DNA of 64,000 nucleotides from a virus (lineage: Duplodnaviria > Caudoviricetes), in IMG/VR virus record IMGVR_UViG_3300046167_000801. One strand, given 5' to 3'. Both the position numbers and the translations under genes were made by a program. Shown here one piece after another: positions 29,242-38,350 of this stretch (the stretch's first letter is position 1; each line of letters starts with the position of its first letter). The notes beneath the pieces were generated by a model that saw only the letters and a list, made by a program, of their open reading frames with translations, was not told the DNA's origin and made no database searches.

Positions 29242-29934
29242 ATGGAAGAAGTACAAAAAGATTTTAAAATGGTAAAGAGTGTTTACAACTCTAACTTTGA
29301 AACCATAACCAACATAATGCATCTCTACGGTATTGAGAAGTTTGATTTAGATTGTACTTACTCTAAAGGTAATTTTTGGAAGGGGTTACCAGACCCCACA
29401 CATAAGACGGATTTAATTCCACATTATGAACATGTCATTCAGTCGGATTCTGAGAATCTTCCATTTGAAAATGAATCAATGAGTGCGATTATGTACGATC
29501 CCCCATTTATTATTGTTGGTAGTGGTAAGGGTTATAAAAAGAATGGACCAAATAGTTCTATTATAGCAAAAAGATTCGAAGGTTATGGAACATATAATGA
29601 CCTAAAAGAAAATTATTACAATACACTTAAAGAGTTGTATAGACTCACTAAGAAAGGTGGTTTTGTGGTTATGAAATGTCAAGATACGGTTTCTGGTGGT
29701 AAACAACATTTCAGTCACGTCATGGTAATGAATATGGCATATTCTTTAGGGTTTTACCCAAGAGATATGTTCGTATTGACATCCAACGTTAGAGTAAATG
29801 CATTTAACGGAACTAAGTGGAAGAAACAGCACCACGCCAGAAAATATCACTCTTATTTTTGGGTTTTTGAAAAACGTAAACCTAGAGTACCTTACGAGTT
29901 TAGTAATTTAGATTCACACGATCACCAACTTTAA
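29242..29934 (+). CDS. Amino-type (N6A/N4C) DNA methyltransferase
   Basis: LDCTYSKGNFW, LPFENES, MYDPPF, ELYRL.K.GG..V.KCQD, HARKYHSYFWVF. Confidence 0.82.
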   Translation: MEEVQKDFKMVKSVYNSNFETITNIMHLYGIEKFDLDCTYSKGNFWKGLPDPTHKTDLIPHYEHVIQSDSENLPFENESMSAIMYDPPFIIVGSGKGYKKNGPNSSIIAKRFEGYGTYNDLKENYYNTLKELYRLTKKGGFVVMKCQDTVSGGKQHFSHVMVMNMAYSLGFYPRDMFVLTSNVRVNAFNGTKWKKQHHARKYHSYFWVFEKRKPRVPYEFSNLDSHDHQL

Positions 29935-30235
29935 GATTATTACAAGTACCTGAAGGGAATTCTACTACATGATCCCCTATACCTGTATATCTCTTATCAC
30001 ATTCTAAATCACATGGTTGGCAATCTAAGTGTATATTCGTTATTACATTTTTATTGACAAATATAATGTCCAAAGGAATTAGACATTTGTGCATCCAGAA
30101 ACTGTGGTACCCCTTACCCATATCAAAAACCATACAACCCTTTAGTTCTTTACGACCCATCATACCCTGTTTTATTTGGTCGGGGGTTGTCATGTATTCT
30201 GCGTAAAATACTTGACCATCAATTATTACTGCCAT
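29900..30235 (-). CDS. DUF192 family protein
   Basis: QIKQGMMGR, GCMVF, FWMHKCLIPLDIIF, VVEFPSG, LKVGDRV. Confidence 0.85.
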   Translation of the reverse strand: MAVIIDGQVFYAEYMTTPDQIKQGMMGRKELKGCMVFDMGKGYHSFWMHKCLIPLDIIFVNKNVITNIHLDCQPCDLECDKRYTGIGDHVVEFPSGTCNNLKVGDRVNLNY

Positions 30236-30282
30236 ATCTATAATTAGTTGATATTTAAATTTAAATTACGTATATTTTAAAC

Positions 30283-30633
30283 ATGACAAAGTACAACGAC
30301 TTAATTCTCGGAATAGTATATTTTTTAATAGGACATATTATGGTGTTCTACCAATTAAACGGTCAGTTCATTTGGAAGAGTTTCAAAGAGAATGAGGTGG
30401 TTGTTGCTGCAACAGGTATAATTATATCTTTTTTCTTTATATGGGGTACTAAGTACACTGTGGACGCGATGGACGGATTACTATGGCCCGCTAGATTTAT
30501 TGGTTTCAGTATTGGTATGTTACAATATGCAATATTTGTAAACATCTATTTTAAAGAAGGTATAGATTTAAAAACGATCATTAGTTTAGGACTATGTTTC
30601 GTTCTAATTTCAATTCAAGTGTTGTGGAAATGA
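30283..30633 (+). CDS. Small 4-TM membrane protein
   Basis: Four hydrophobic segments. Confidence 0.65.
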   Translation: MTKYNDLILGIVYFLIGHIMVFYQLNGQFIWKSFKENEVVVAATGIIISFFFIWGTKYTVDAMDGLLWPARFIGFSIGMLQYAIFVNIYFKEGIDLKTIISLGLCFVLISIQVLWK

Positions 30634-31205
30634 AAAAACATTTAATAGTAATAGGACATCCCGATAAAAAATCATTTTGTTACAATGGTATTTTCAAAAC
30701 TATCGTAAGAGAGTTAACCAGATATAAAGAAGAGTTTGAGATTATTGATTTATATGATGATAAATTACATCGTGATAGAACCGAGTTAATCAAGGGATAT
30801 AAAAAATTAGTTAAGTGGTCAACTCACATCTATTTTGTTTCACCTGTTTGGTGGTTTAGACTTACCCCTAAAACTGAGACATTCTTCGATGAGGTACTCA
30901 CACCAGGTTTTGCATATAAGTTCATACCATTGTTTGGTAAGTATGCTTACCCAAAACCATTTCTTAGTGATAAGAAAGTTAGGACCTATATAACACATGG
31001 TGCACCGATGTTACCTGTTGTTACTTTATATCTTAATTCAGTTAAGTTAAGATTAGTAATGGGGGTTTACACGTTTGTGTTTGGATGGAAATTGAGTAGG
31101 TGGAGAAAAACAAAACAATTTTGGTCAGTACCATTTGTAGATGCGAAGAAACGAGCAAAATATTTACGAGTGGTAAAAAATGATATTAGGAAAGATTTAA
31201 AGTGA
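30630..31205 (+). CDS. Flavodoxin-like fold NAD(P)H dehydrogenase (quinone), MdaB/KefF-like
   Basis: VIGHPDKKSF, PVWWFRLTP..ETFFDEVLTPGFAY, ITHGAP. Start moved to the ATG overlapping the upstream stop. Confidence 0.85.
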   Translation: MKKHLIVIGHPDKKSFCYNGIFKTIVRELTRYKEEFEIIDLYDDKLHRDRTELIKGYKKLVKWSTHIYFVSPVWWFRLTPKTETFFDEVLTPGFAYKFIPLFGKYAYPKPFLSDKKVRTYITHGAPMLPVVTLYLNSVKLRLVMGVYTFVFGWKLSRWRKTKQFWSVPFVDAKKRAKYLRVVKNDIRKDLK

Positions 31206-31432
31206 AGATAGAAGACTTAGATAGGATTATAGAAATGGCATGGGAAGATAGGACCCCCTTTGAAGCTATAGAATTCCAATTCGGTATTAAAGAGAATGAG
31301 GTTCGTAAGATAATGAGAACTCATATGAAAGAGTCATCATTTAAGATGTGGAGAGAACGTGTAAAAGGTAGAAAAACTAAACATAGTAAAACATCAGAAT
31401 CAAATAGATTTAAATCTAAAAATCAGAAATAG
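31202..31432 (+). CDS. TIGR03643 / DUF2805 family protein
   Basis: DRIIEMAWEDRTPFEAI..QFG..E.EV..IMR..MK.SSF..WR.RV.GRKTKH. Confidence 0.9.
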   Translation: MKIEDLDRIIEMAWEDRTPFEAIEFQFGIKENEVRKIMRTHMKESSFKMWRERVKGRKTKHSKTSESNRFKSKNQK

Positions 31433-31449
31433 TTGAACGATAACCTTTA

Positions 31450-31980
31450 ATGGTAGATGTAGATAAAATAGTACAATACAGAATGGTCGATGGGGACCTA
31501 ACGTCACGTAAGACTCCGTCATATTATTCTCTTCAATATGTTGATGTAAATAATTACAAAACGTTTATTGATGACATCACTAAAGTATCTAACTTAATTA
31601 TAAAACAAATACCTGATTGGGATGATGCTCCTACGGTAGAAACAGTCATTAAAAGGTTTGAATCAAAATCGTATACTTATTTATTTTATTATAAAGATAA
31701 GTGTATTGGGTGGAATTGGGGTAACCCTAATTTTACATATAATTGGATTGATGTTGATCAAGAATTAGAAGATGATGAAACTTACTTAGGTGGGTGTTTT
31801 GTCAATTTAGATAAGAAAGACAGACCTAATAACGCTGGTTATATAATGTGTTATATGTTTTTCGAGGAGGAGAGTAGAAGAGGTTTTAAATCTATGTACG
31901 GTGTTACCGACGATTGGAACAGAAGAGCGTCGTTATTGTATTATCGATTAGGTTGGAAAACGTACAATTTTATAAAATAA
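31450..31980 (+). CDS. GNAT-fold acetyltransferase
   Basis: YLGGCFV and WNRRASLLYYRLGW resemble GNAT motifs A and B. Confidence 0.6.
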   Translation: MVDVDKIVQYRMVDGDLTSRKTPSYYSLQYVDVNNYKTFIDDITKVSNLIIKQIPDWDDAPTVETVIKRFESKSYTYLFYYKDKCIGWNWGNPNFTYNWIDVDQELEDDETYLGGCFVNLDKKDRPNNAGYIMCYMFFEEESRRGFKSMYGVTDDWNRRASLLYYRLGWKTYNFIK

Positions 31981-31986
31981 TTAATT

Positions 31987-33009
31987 ATGAATAAGTTAGA
32001 TGCACAGTACCAAGGATTATTGGATGATATATTAAATTTCGGAGTAAAGAAGAATGATCGTACAGGGACAGGTACATTATCTGTGTTTGGTAGACAGATA
32101 AGACATAACATGAACGATGGTTTCCCTCTACTAACAACTAAAAAAATGGCGGTCAAATCCGTAATGACTGAATTAAAATGGTTTTTAAAAGGAGATACTA
32201 ATATCAAATACTTAGTGGACAATGGTTGTAAAATTTGGAATGGTGATGCATATAAAAATTACTTAAACATTTACAACTATAATTTTAAAGATGACGATAC
32301 TATTGAACCCCTCACTATAGAGGAGTTCATGGAGGATTTCAATGAAGATCAAGAATTTAGAGATCAATGGGGTGAGTTAGGTCCTATCTACGGAAAACAA
32401 TGGAGACATTGGTTTGGATATGATAGTAATGTTAACCCATATTATGTAGATCAAATCTCAAATTTAATTAATGAACTTAAAGTTAATCCTGATAGTAGAA
32501 GATTGATGGTGTCGGCATGGAATGTTGGAGAGTTAAGTCAAATGGTTTTACCTCCCTGTCATTATGGTTTCCAAGTGTATACCAGAGAATTAAATTTAGA
32601 TGAAAGAATTGACTACCACAATAGAGGTTCTATAAACAAATCTTCAGATTATTTTAGTGAACATATGGATGCGATGGGGGTACCAAATAGATCCATATCC
32701 TTATCTTGGAATCAGAGATCTGTTGATACGTTTTTAGGTTTACCATTCAACATAGCATCTTATGGGATGTTACTACATCTAATTGCTAAAGAAGTAAATA
32801 TGGTACCCGAAGACCTTATAGGTAATTTAGGTGACACCCACTTATATTTGAATCATGTGGAACAGGCGGAAGAACAATTAAGTAGAGAACCTAAACCCCA
32901 CCTACCAAAATTGAAATTACTTAGTTCCGATATTATGAACGGTGATTTTGACTATGAGTTATTACATTATCATTCACACCCACCAATAAAAGCACCACTA
33001 AGTAATTAA
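31987..33009 (+). CDS. thyA: Thymidylate synthase
   Basis: DRTGTGT, FPLLTTKK, ELKWFL.G, LGPIYGKQWR, LPPCH, QRSVD.FLGLPFNIASY, H.YLNH. Confidence 0.97.
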   Translation: MNKLDAQYQGLLDDILNFGVKKNDRTGTGTLSVFGRQIRHNMNDGFPLLTTKKMAVKSVMTELKWFLKGDTNIKYLVDNGCKIWNGDAYKNYLNIYNYNFKDDDTIEPLTIEEFMEDFNEDQEFRDQWGELGPIYGKQWRHWFGYDSNVNPYYVDQISNLINELKVNPDSRRLMVSAWNVGELSQMVLPPCHYGFQVYTRELNLDERIDYHNRGSINKSSDYFSEHMDAMGVPNRSISLSWNQRSVDTFLGLPFNIASYGMLLHLIAKEVNMVPEDLIGNLGDTHLYLNHVEQAEEQLSREPKPHLPKLKLLSSDIMNGDFDYELLHYHSHPPIKAPLSN

Positions 33010-33402
33010 ATGCAATTAATAACAACACACCCAATAAAGAAATCAGATTTAGGTTTTCACGCTAACTTGTTTGGTGGTAAACTACTAGCATGGTTAGACG
33101 CTGCTGGTGCTGCATATGCAATGGAGATATGTGACACACCAAGAATGGTTACTGTCATGATTGATAAATGTATATTCAAAAAACCAGCTAAGGAAGGACA
33201 ACTAATTAAGATTTATGGAAATGTAGTTCATGTTGGTAACACGTCAATTACGTTTTATTTAGAGGCGAGAGCCCATAATGTGTACTCAGGTAATCAAACG
33301 GTTATATTACAAACTAACATAAGATTTGTAAGGATAGATGAAAATGGGGACTCCGTTCCATTATCTGACAAAATCAAAAACAAATATGGAACAAAAGAAT
33401 AA
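33010..33402 (+). CDS. Acyl-CoA thioesterase (hotdog fold, YciA-like)
   Basis: LFGGKLLAWLDAAGA, VTV.ID...F.KP...G, VG.TSI, FVRIDENG. Confidence 0.88.
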   Translation: MQLITTHPIKKSDLGFHANLFGGKLLAWLDAAGAAYAMEICDTPRMVTVMIDKCIFKKPAKEGQLIKIYGNVVHVGNTSITFYLEARAHNVYSGNQTVILQTNIRFVRIDENGDSVPLSDKIKNKYGTKE

Positions 33403-33685
33403 TTATAATTTTCGTTTAGACATATTAAGAAGAAAGATTGATGTTTTGGATGATGCGTTGTATGGTTGTATTAAAAAAAGATTTAACGATACTAACCTCA
33501 TAGGTAAGTTAAAAAGAGAATACCACATTACGGATATGTGTGAGAAGCGTAAAGAAGAAATTTACGGAAGACTTGAAACTAAATGTAATGATGATGGTTT
33601 ACCACCACAATTACTTAAAGACATATACAACCTAATATTTGAGTACTCAATAAAAGACCAAAAAAGAATAATTGGTGAGAAGTAA
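33386..33685 (+). CDS. Chorismate mutase (AroQ / CM_2)
   Basis: LDILRRKIDVLDDAL...KKR....IGKLK...KRKEEI...GL....IY..IF..S..DQ. Start moved to the internal ATG. Confidence 0.78.
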   Translation: MEQKNNYNFRLDILRRKIDVLDDALYGCIKKRFNDTNLIGKLKREYHITDMCEKRKEEIYGRLETKCNDDGLPPQLLKDIYNLIFEYSIKDQKRIIGEK

Positions 33686-33908
33686 CGTTATTGATTTACA
33701 TGGACTAAACAGGACGGAAGCGTTCATTCTTGTCGAAGATGAGTTATTAATTAGATCTAATAGTGGGACATTCAGTCTAACAATAATCACAGGTAATAGT
33801 AAACCCATGAGAGATGGGGTTATCCGTATATGTGAAACACACGGTTTTAGTTACGTGGTACCATCACACAATATGGGTGAAATAATAGTTAACTATTTTT
33901 CGTTTTAA
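33672..33908 (+). CDS. Stand-alone Smr/MutS2-C domain protein
   Basis: IDLHGL..EA, LTIITG.S, NMGEIIV. Confidence 0.8.
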   Translation: MVRSNVIDLHGLNRTEAFILVEDELLIRSNSGTFSLTIITGNSKPMRDGVIRICETHGFSYVVPSHNMGEIIVNYFSF

Positions 33909-33912
33909 AACC

Positions 33913-34116
33913 CTACAGAACTCCTCTTTTTATAAGTTCTTTCTTAATTATATTCTTTTTTTTGTTATATGAGGGAGATTCGTACAGTTTTTTTAATTCT
34001 TCAGTAGAAGTATTGGAAGTAGTATGGTGCTTGTAGTACCACTTACTGTTCATTATTTTACCTTTAGAATCTCTCATGTATTCTTTAGAAGAAGGTTTAA
34101 TTTTATTTGATGCCAT
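33913..34116 (-). CDS. Small basic phage protein
   Basis: Likely ATG at 34116 (MASNKIKP), with two upstream TATTTAT motifs. Confidence 0.55.
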   Translation of the reverse strand: MASNKIKPSSKEYMRDSKGKIMNSKWYYKHHTTSNTSTEELKKLYESPSYNKKKNIIKKELIKRGVL

Positions 34117-34201
34117 AATTTTATAAATATTATTATAAATACCTATATAAATTACTAAAATAACACTACACAATTATTTTTTTTTCACCTAAATTATTGG
34201 T

Positions 34202-35632
34202 GTGGAAAAGGTTTTCAATTACAAACAAAACAAGAAAACAGATAAAGGTAAATGTCAGGAGAAATGTTCTATTGATATATATCATTACGATGATGTATTG
34301 ATGGTAGAACTCTTTTACCTTTTTACCTATATGAGGTTCAACGAAAACAATGAAACCGAGTTCGAGTTAAGAAGACGAGTTGAGACAGAACATAAACTAA
34401 CGATTGATTTAAAAACCTCTGACTTCCATGTGTTCTCACAAACAACAAATAAAGGTTTTTTAGGGGATAAGAAATCCTCCAATGGAAGGACCTCCAAGAA
34501 TAAGTTTTCACAGTTGGAGGATATAACAAGTGTTGGTTTTTTCGGGGGTTCTAAAAAAGGGTCAAGTTGGGGTAGTCGGTACAAAAAGAAGACTGAAGAG
34601 GCGTGGGAACTAATAAGGAAAATAATCCAACCTAGAATAAAAGATGAGTACCTTTCAAAAAAGGGGTACAATAAAGTTGAGATAGATCCTTTATACGACC
34701 TTATAGTTGATTTTCACTTAGACAAAAAGAACATCAAAGGTCACGATTTGATTTACATAGATATACAAGAGGATTATCCTAAACAAAAGTATTTAAAAAC
34801 CAATGATCGTAAGTTTGTACCTGCGGTATTAGAACAATACGGTATTAAAAACAGACAATTTATTAGTTCCATAAATAATGATAGTGAAGGGATGCCCATT
34901 ATAATCAAAACACTTAATTATTTTAGTAAATTATTTGGTGACAACTACATTGATTATATGAATAGGATAGATTGGCATTTACATTGTTATAAGGCACCCC
35001 CCAACAGGAAAGTACACCCACTTAAAAATGAAACAGAGAAAAGGAACATGGTTAAGTTGATACAAAGATGGGAAGAGGAGGGGTTAAGATTAAATACTGA
35101 TCTTACATCTGATGGTACTTTGATTATGTCTTTATTTCGTTTGTTTGAATTAAGAAACAAGATTGAAAAGAGAGGTATTGAATTGAAATTTACCGCAACA
35201 AAGGATTCTGAATTAGATACGTTATTTGAAGAATGGGAATCCTTAAGAAAATATTTACAGAAGGGGTACAGAGTTAGATACCTTTTTCCCGATGAATTTG
35301 TGAAACATGTTGAACAACCAATAAAGATCGGAGATGTAACCTACCAACCAAAATTACTATCTAAAGAAGAAGAGTTTAAAGTGGAGGGTCATATAATGAA
35401 AAATTGTATGGGTAATCAGTTTGTTCACGGTGTCGCGTCGATATTTATATCTTTAAGGAAGGGTAAAAGATGGGTAGATGTACAGTATCGTAAAGGTAAA
35501 AAAACCATGTGTTACGGTAAGGCAAATTCCCCCACTCCTTCTGATTTTAAAAGTGCAATAAACACACTCAACAAACGTATGAAAATTTATGATCAAGTTA
35601 AGTGGACTAAAGAGAAATATGATTTGTTATAA
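34202..35632 (+). CDS. PcfJ-like domain protein
   Basis: L....EFKVEGHIMKNCMG....SIFISLR. Collinear paralog of 61263-62873. Confidence 0.75.
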   Translation: MEKVFNYKQNKKTDKGKCQEKCSIDIYHYDDVLMVELFYLFTYMRFNENNETEFELRRRVETEHKLTIDLKTSDFHVFSQTTNKGFLGDKKSSNGRTSKNKFSQLEDITSVGFFGGSKKGSSWGSRYKKKTEEAWELIRKIIQPRIKDEYLSKKGYNKVEIDPLYDLIVDFHLDKKNIKGHDLIYIDIQEDYPKQKYLKTNDRKFVPAVLEQYGIKNRQFISSINNDSEGMPIIIKTLNYFSKLFGDNYIDYMNRIDWHLHCYKAPPNRKVHPLKNETEKRNMVKLIQRWEEEGLRLNTDLTSDGTLIMSLFRLFELRNKIEKRGIELKFTATKDSELDTLFEEWESLRKYLQKGYRVRYLFPDEFVKHVEQPIKIGDVTYQPKLLSKEEEFKVEGHIMKNCMGNQFVHGVASIFISLRKGKRWVDVQYRKGKKTMCYGKANSPTPSDFKSAINTLNKRMKIYDQVKWTKEKYDLL

Positions 35633-35659
35633 ATTTTTATTTTTCGTATATTTTATAAT

Positions 35660-35989
35660 ATGGTAGACGTAACAGAAATAGCAATAGAAAAAATAGTGGG
35701 TCTAATGATGGATGAAGGTATAACCCCCGACACTCACAATCTCAGGGTTGGTGTAAGTGGTGGAGGTTGTAGTGGATTACAATACGAAATGGACTTTGAT
35801 GATAAAATAAATGAGGGTGATAGTGTCTTTGAAGTGGACGCAATAAAGGTGGTTGTTAATAAACCTTCACTACTTTATTTAGCGGGAACAGTGTTAGATT
35901 TCCAAGGTGGTTTAAACGGTAAAGGGTTTGAATGGATCAACCCAAACGCATCAAGAACCTGTGGATGTGGGGAAAGTTTTAGTTTGTAA
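35660..35989 (+). CDS. iscA: Fe-S cluster assembly A-type carrier (IscA/SufA/HesB)
   Basis: LRVGVSGGGCSGLQY, SLLYL.GT.LDF, NPNASRTCGCGESFS. Confidence 0.95.
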   Translation: MVDVTEIAIEKIVGLMMDEGITPDTHNLRVGVSGGGCSGLQYEMDFDDKINEGDSVFEVDAIKVVVNKPSLLYLAGTVLDFQGGLNGKGFEWINPNASRTCGCGESFSL

Positions 35990-36032
35990 GGTTTAAACTA
36001 ATAAATAAAGTATTTATATATAAAACGATCTA

Positions 36033-37610
36033 ATGGAAGAATTAAGTAAAAAAGATATTTTGACTCTTATTGGTGAGAATCTAACCACTATAAGACGACC
36101 TGGGTATAAAGGTTTTGACGAATCTAAGGAGTTAGACGAAATGCCGTTAAGGCCAGACCAACTCCCAAAGAAAGAAATTGAACCAGGTAAACCCACAAAA
36201 AAATCTAAAAAAATTGTTTTAACTTTAGATAATGGTGAGGAGATGACATTTAGTACATCACAATCAGTTATAAAAGTTGATGGAGAAAATAAGAACACTG
36301 TTAAGGTAACACAAATACAACCTGGTGATGTTATTGTTGACGACAACAGAAGTGAACAAACCGTCTCTAGTGTGGATCAAAAGGAAGTAATTGCACCTTG
36401 GACAGCAATGTTCGAAACAGACAATGACGGTAAACCGATTGAACATGTTGGTTGGTATAGATATGAAAACGGAGAGGTCACCCCAATTATTTTTACTTGT
36501 GAATGGGACGAACTGACAGAAAAACACCCTGATTTAGTACCTAAACTAAAAGAGAAATTTGGTAAGGTTAAGTTAAAAGAGGAGAACTGTCCATCATATA
36601 AACCAAGAGGTAGAGATATAGGGGGTGTAAAACCTATCCCTGGCGATGATGGGGAAGAGGTCACTTTTGATAATGCGGATCAAGTACCTGATGCAACAGG
36701 GACTAAAACTACATATACTAGGGAGAAGATAAATAGAACATTTAATTCTATCTTAAAAGATGAGTTAGTGGATGATGAAGATTTCGTAACTACATTAAAA
36801 AGAATAAGTTTACCTGAAATAGTTATCCTTAACCCAAAACACAGAAATAAATACAGTGAAGTAAACGATAAAGAGATTACATTTCAGTCACATAACATAA
36901 ATTTATATAAAACACAGGAAGAGTTCCAAAATACCACAAGGAAAACGGTTATGAGGGGTAGAACACCTGAGTATTTTGAAAGTGATGAGTACAATCCAAA
37001 AAAATCCAATAGTTTAAGAAGACAATACAATTCAGGATATTCTAATTGGTCCAAAACACGTTTTACTCAACAAGGTGCTGGATACGGTAAAACACCTGTA
37101 TTCAAATTAGATAGAGGTGATTTCCCAAATGAAGAAGATTTTTCAGTAATGGTATCATCTGATTTAGAAATAAAAGGTATTGCTCAGGGTGAAGGTGAGA
37201 TGACATCTGGATATAGATGGGAATTAGTCTATACCGTTGAATACGCAAAGAAATTACCTACTGATAGAGTAGCAAGAAAAATATTCAAGGATGAGGATGT
37301 ATCAATAAATCTTTTTGTTGATGTTGATTTAAGTGAAGAAAAGGATTTTGATGGTAAAGTAGATAAAGAACAAGACGGTAAAATTGTTGGTGGGGACACA
37401 GGAGATAATCACCCATTAACAGATGTTAACATTGTCCAAGGACTAAAAGAAATTTTAGATAACTTCAAGAAAGAAATGAGTGGTAAGAAACAATTCCAAT
37501 TGGCAGCTAAAAGGGCTCAAATGACAAGACAGGATGTGGATACTGCAGATATGAGGTTAAATGAAGAAGAAATAAAAGACATCATAAAGAAAACAATAAA
37601 CAAGAAGTAA
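36033..37610 (+). CDS. Large acidic phage protein, probable virion/internal protein, with a Hint-like fragment
   Basis: Upstream TATTTAT. Contains LTLDNGEEMTFST...QIQPGDVI and C-terminal RLNEEEIKDIIKK. Confidence 0.6.
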   Translation: MEELSKKDILTLIGENLTTIRRPGYKGFDESKELDEMPLRPDQLPKKEIEPGKPTKKSKKIVLTLDNGEEMTFSTSQSVIKVDGENKNTVKVTQIQPGDVIVDDNRSEQTVSSVDQKEVIAPWTAMFETDNDGKPIEHVGWYRYENGEVTPIIFTCEWDELTEKHPDLVPKLKEKFGKVKLKEENCPSYKPRGRDIGGVKPIPGDDGEEVTFDNADQVPDATGTKTTYTREKINRTFNSILKDELVDDEDFVTTLKRISLPEIVILNPKHRNKYSEVNDKEITFQSHNINLYKTQEEFQNTTRKTVMRGRTPEYFESDEYNPKKSNSLRRQYNSGYSNWSKTRFTQQGAGYGKTPVFKLDRGDFPNEEDFSVMVSSDLEIKGIAQGEGEMTSGYRWELVYTVEYAKKLPTDRVARKIFKDEDVSINLFVDVDLSEEKDFDGKVDKEQDGKIVGGDTGDNHPLTDVNIVQGLKEILDNFKKEMSGKKQFQLAAKRAQMTRQDVDTADMRLNEEEIKDIIKKTINKK

Positions 37611-37724
37611 TATTGGTTTCGGTTCTATTCAAATCTATTAGGGGATACAATTTAAATTGTGTCCCTTTTTTTTATTCTTGATATATTAAAAAAATATTCT
37701 TATATTAATAACAAAACATTAAGT

Positions 37725-37934
37725 ATGGTAAGTTTATTAAGACAAGAATGGTTATCCGATCCAAAACTTAAAAAATGGGATTCTGTGGGATGTACCGTAG
37801 AAGAAAATTGTACTTGTAAAACGGATAAATATCATGTAGAATTGTGGGAACAAGATTCATGTGTTAGAGGTAGAATAGACACCGTTGTTTGTACTAAATG
37901 TGACACCATTAAATCATTTAATATTGTAAGATGA
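37725..37934 (+). CDS. Small Cys-rich protein (Zn-ribbon-like)
   Basis: CTC...CTKC. Start moved to the ATG after the AT-rich promoter-like region. Confidence 0.55.
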   Translation: MVSLLRQEWLSDPKLKKWDSVGCTVEENCTCKTDKYHVELWEQDSCVRGRIDTVVCTKCDTIKSFNIVR

Positions 37935-38050
37935 TTAATAGTTATGTTGATTCCACTTGGAACTGTGGTTGTGGTGCATTAAATGCCGGTTACAGAGAGA
38001 CGTGCGGTGCGTGTGGGAAACCTAAACCCACACCTAAAATTATCTATTAA
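37931..38050 (+). CDS. RanBP2-like zinc-finger microprotein (39 aa)
   Basis: Read by hand: WNCGCGALNAGYRETCGACGKPKP. ATGA overlap with the upstream gene. Confidence 0.65.
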   Translation: MINSYVDSTWNCGCGALNAGYRETCGACGKPKPTPKIIY

Positions 38051-38074
38051 AATTTTAAACAGATATTTATTGTT

Positions 38075-38350
38075 ATGAGGATTGATTTTAAAAAGATACT
38101 TGAGGCATATAAAGTAAAAATTAGCCCAACCATAGAACAAAAAGATCTGGCACTAAAAAGATTAGAAATTTGTAAAGGATGTGAATTTCTTAAGGGTAGT
38201 GTTGAGGATAATTTTTGTAGTTGTGGTGTTTGTGGTTGTTTTATACATGGTAAGATATTTACTAATAAAGGGGATGAGTGTCCAAAAGGTAAATGGAGTG
38301 AAATAGACCGAGGACACTTTAAAACAAAAGTTAAAAACACATTAATATGA
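38075..38350 (+). CDS. Cys-rich Zn-binding protein (DUF6171-like)
   Basis: RLEICKGC...CGVCGC...K......CPKGKW. Its stop overlaps the next start. Confidence 0.7.
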   Translation: MRIDFKKILEAYKVKISPTIEQKDLALKRLEICKGCEFLKGSVEDNFCSCGVCGCFIHGKIFTNKGDECPKGKWSEIDRGHFKTKVKNTLI

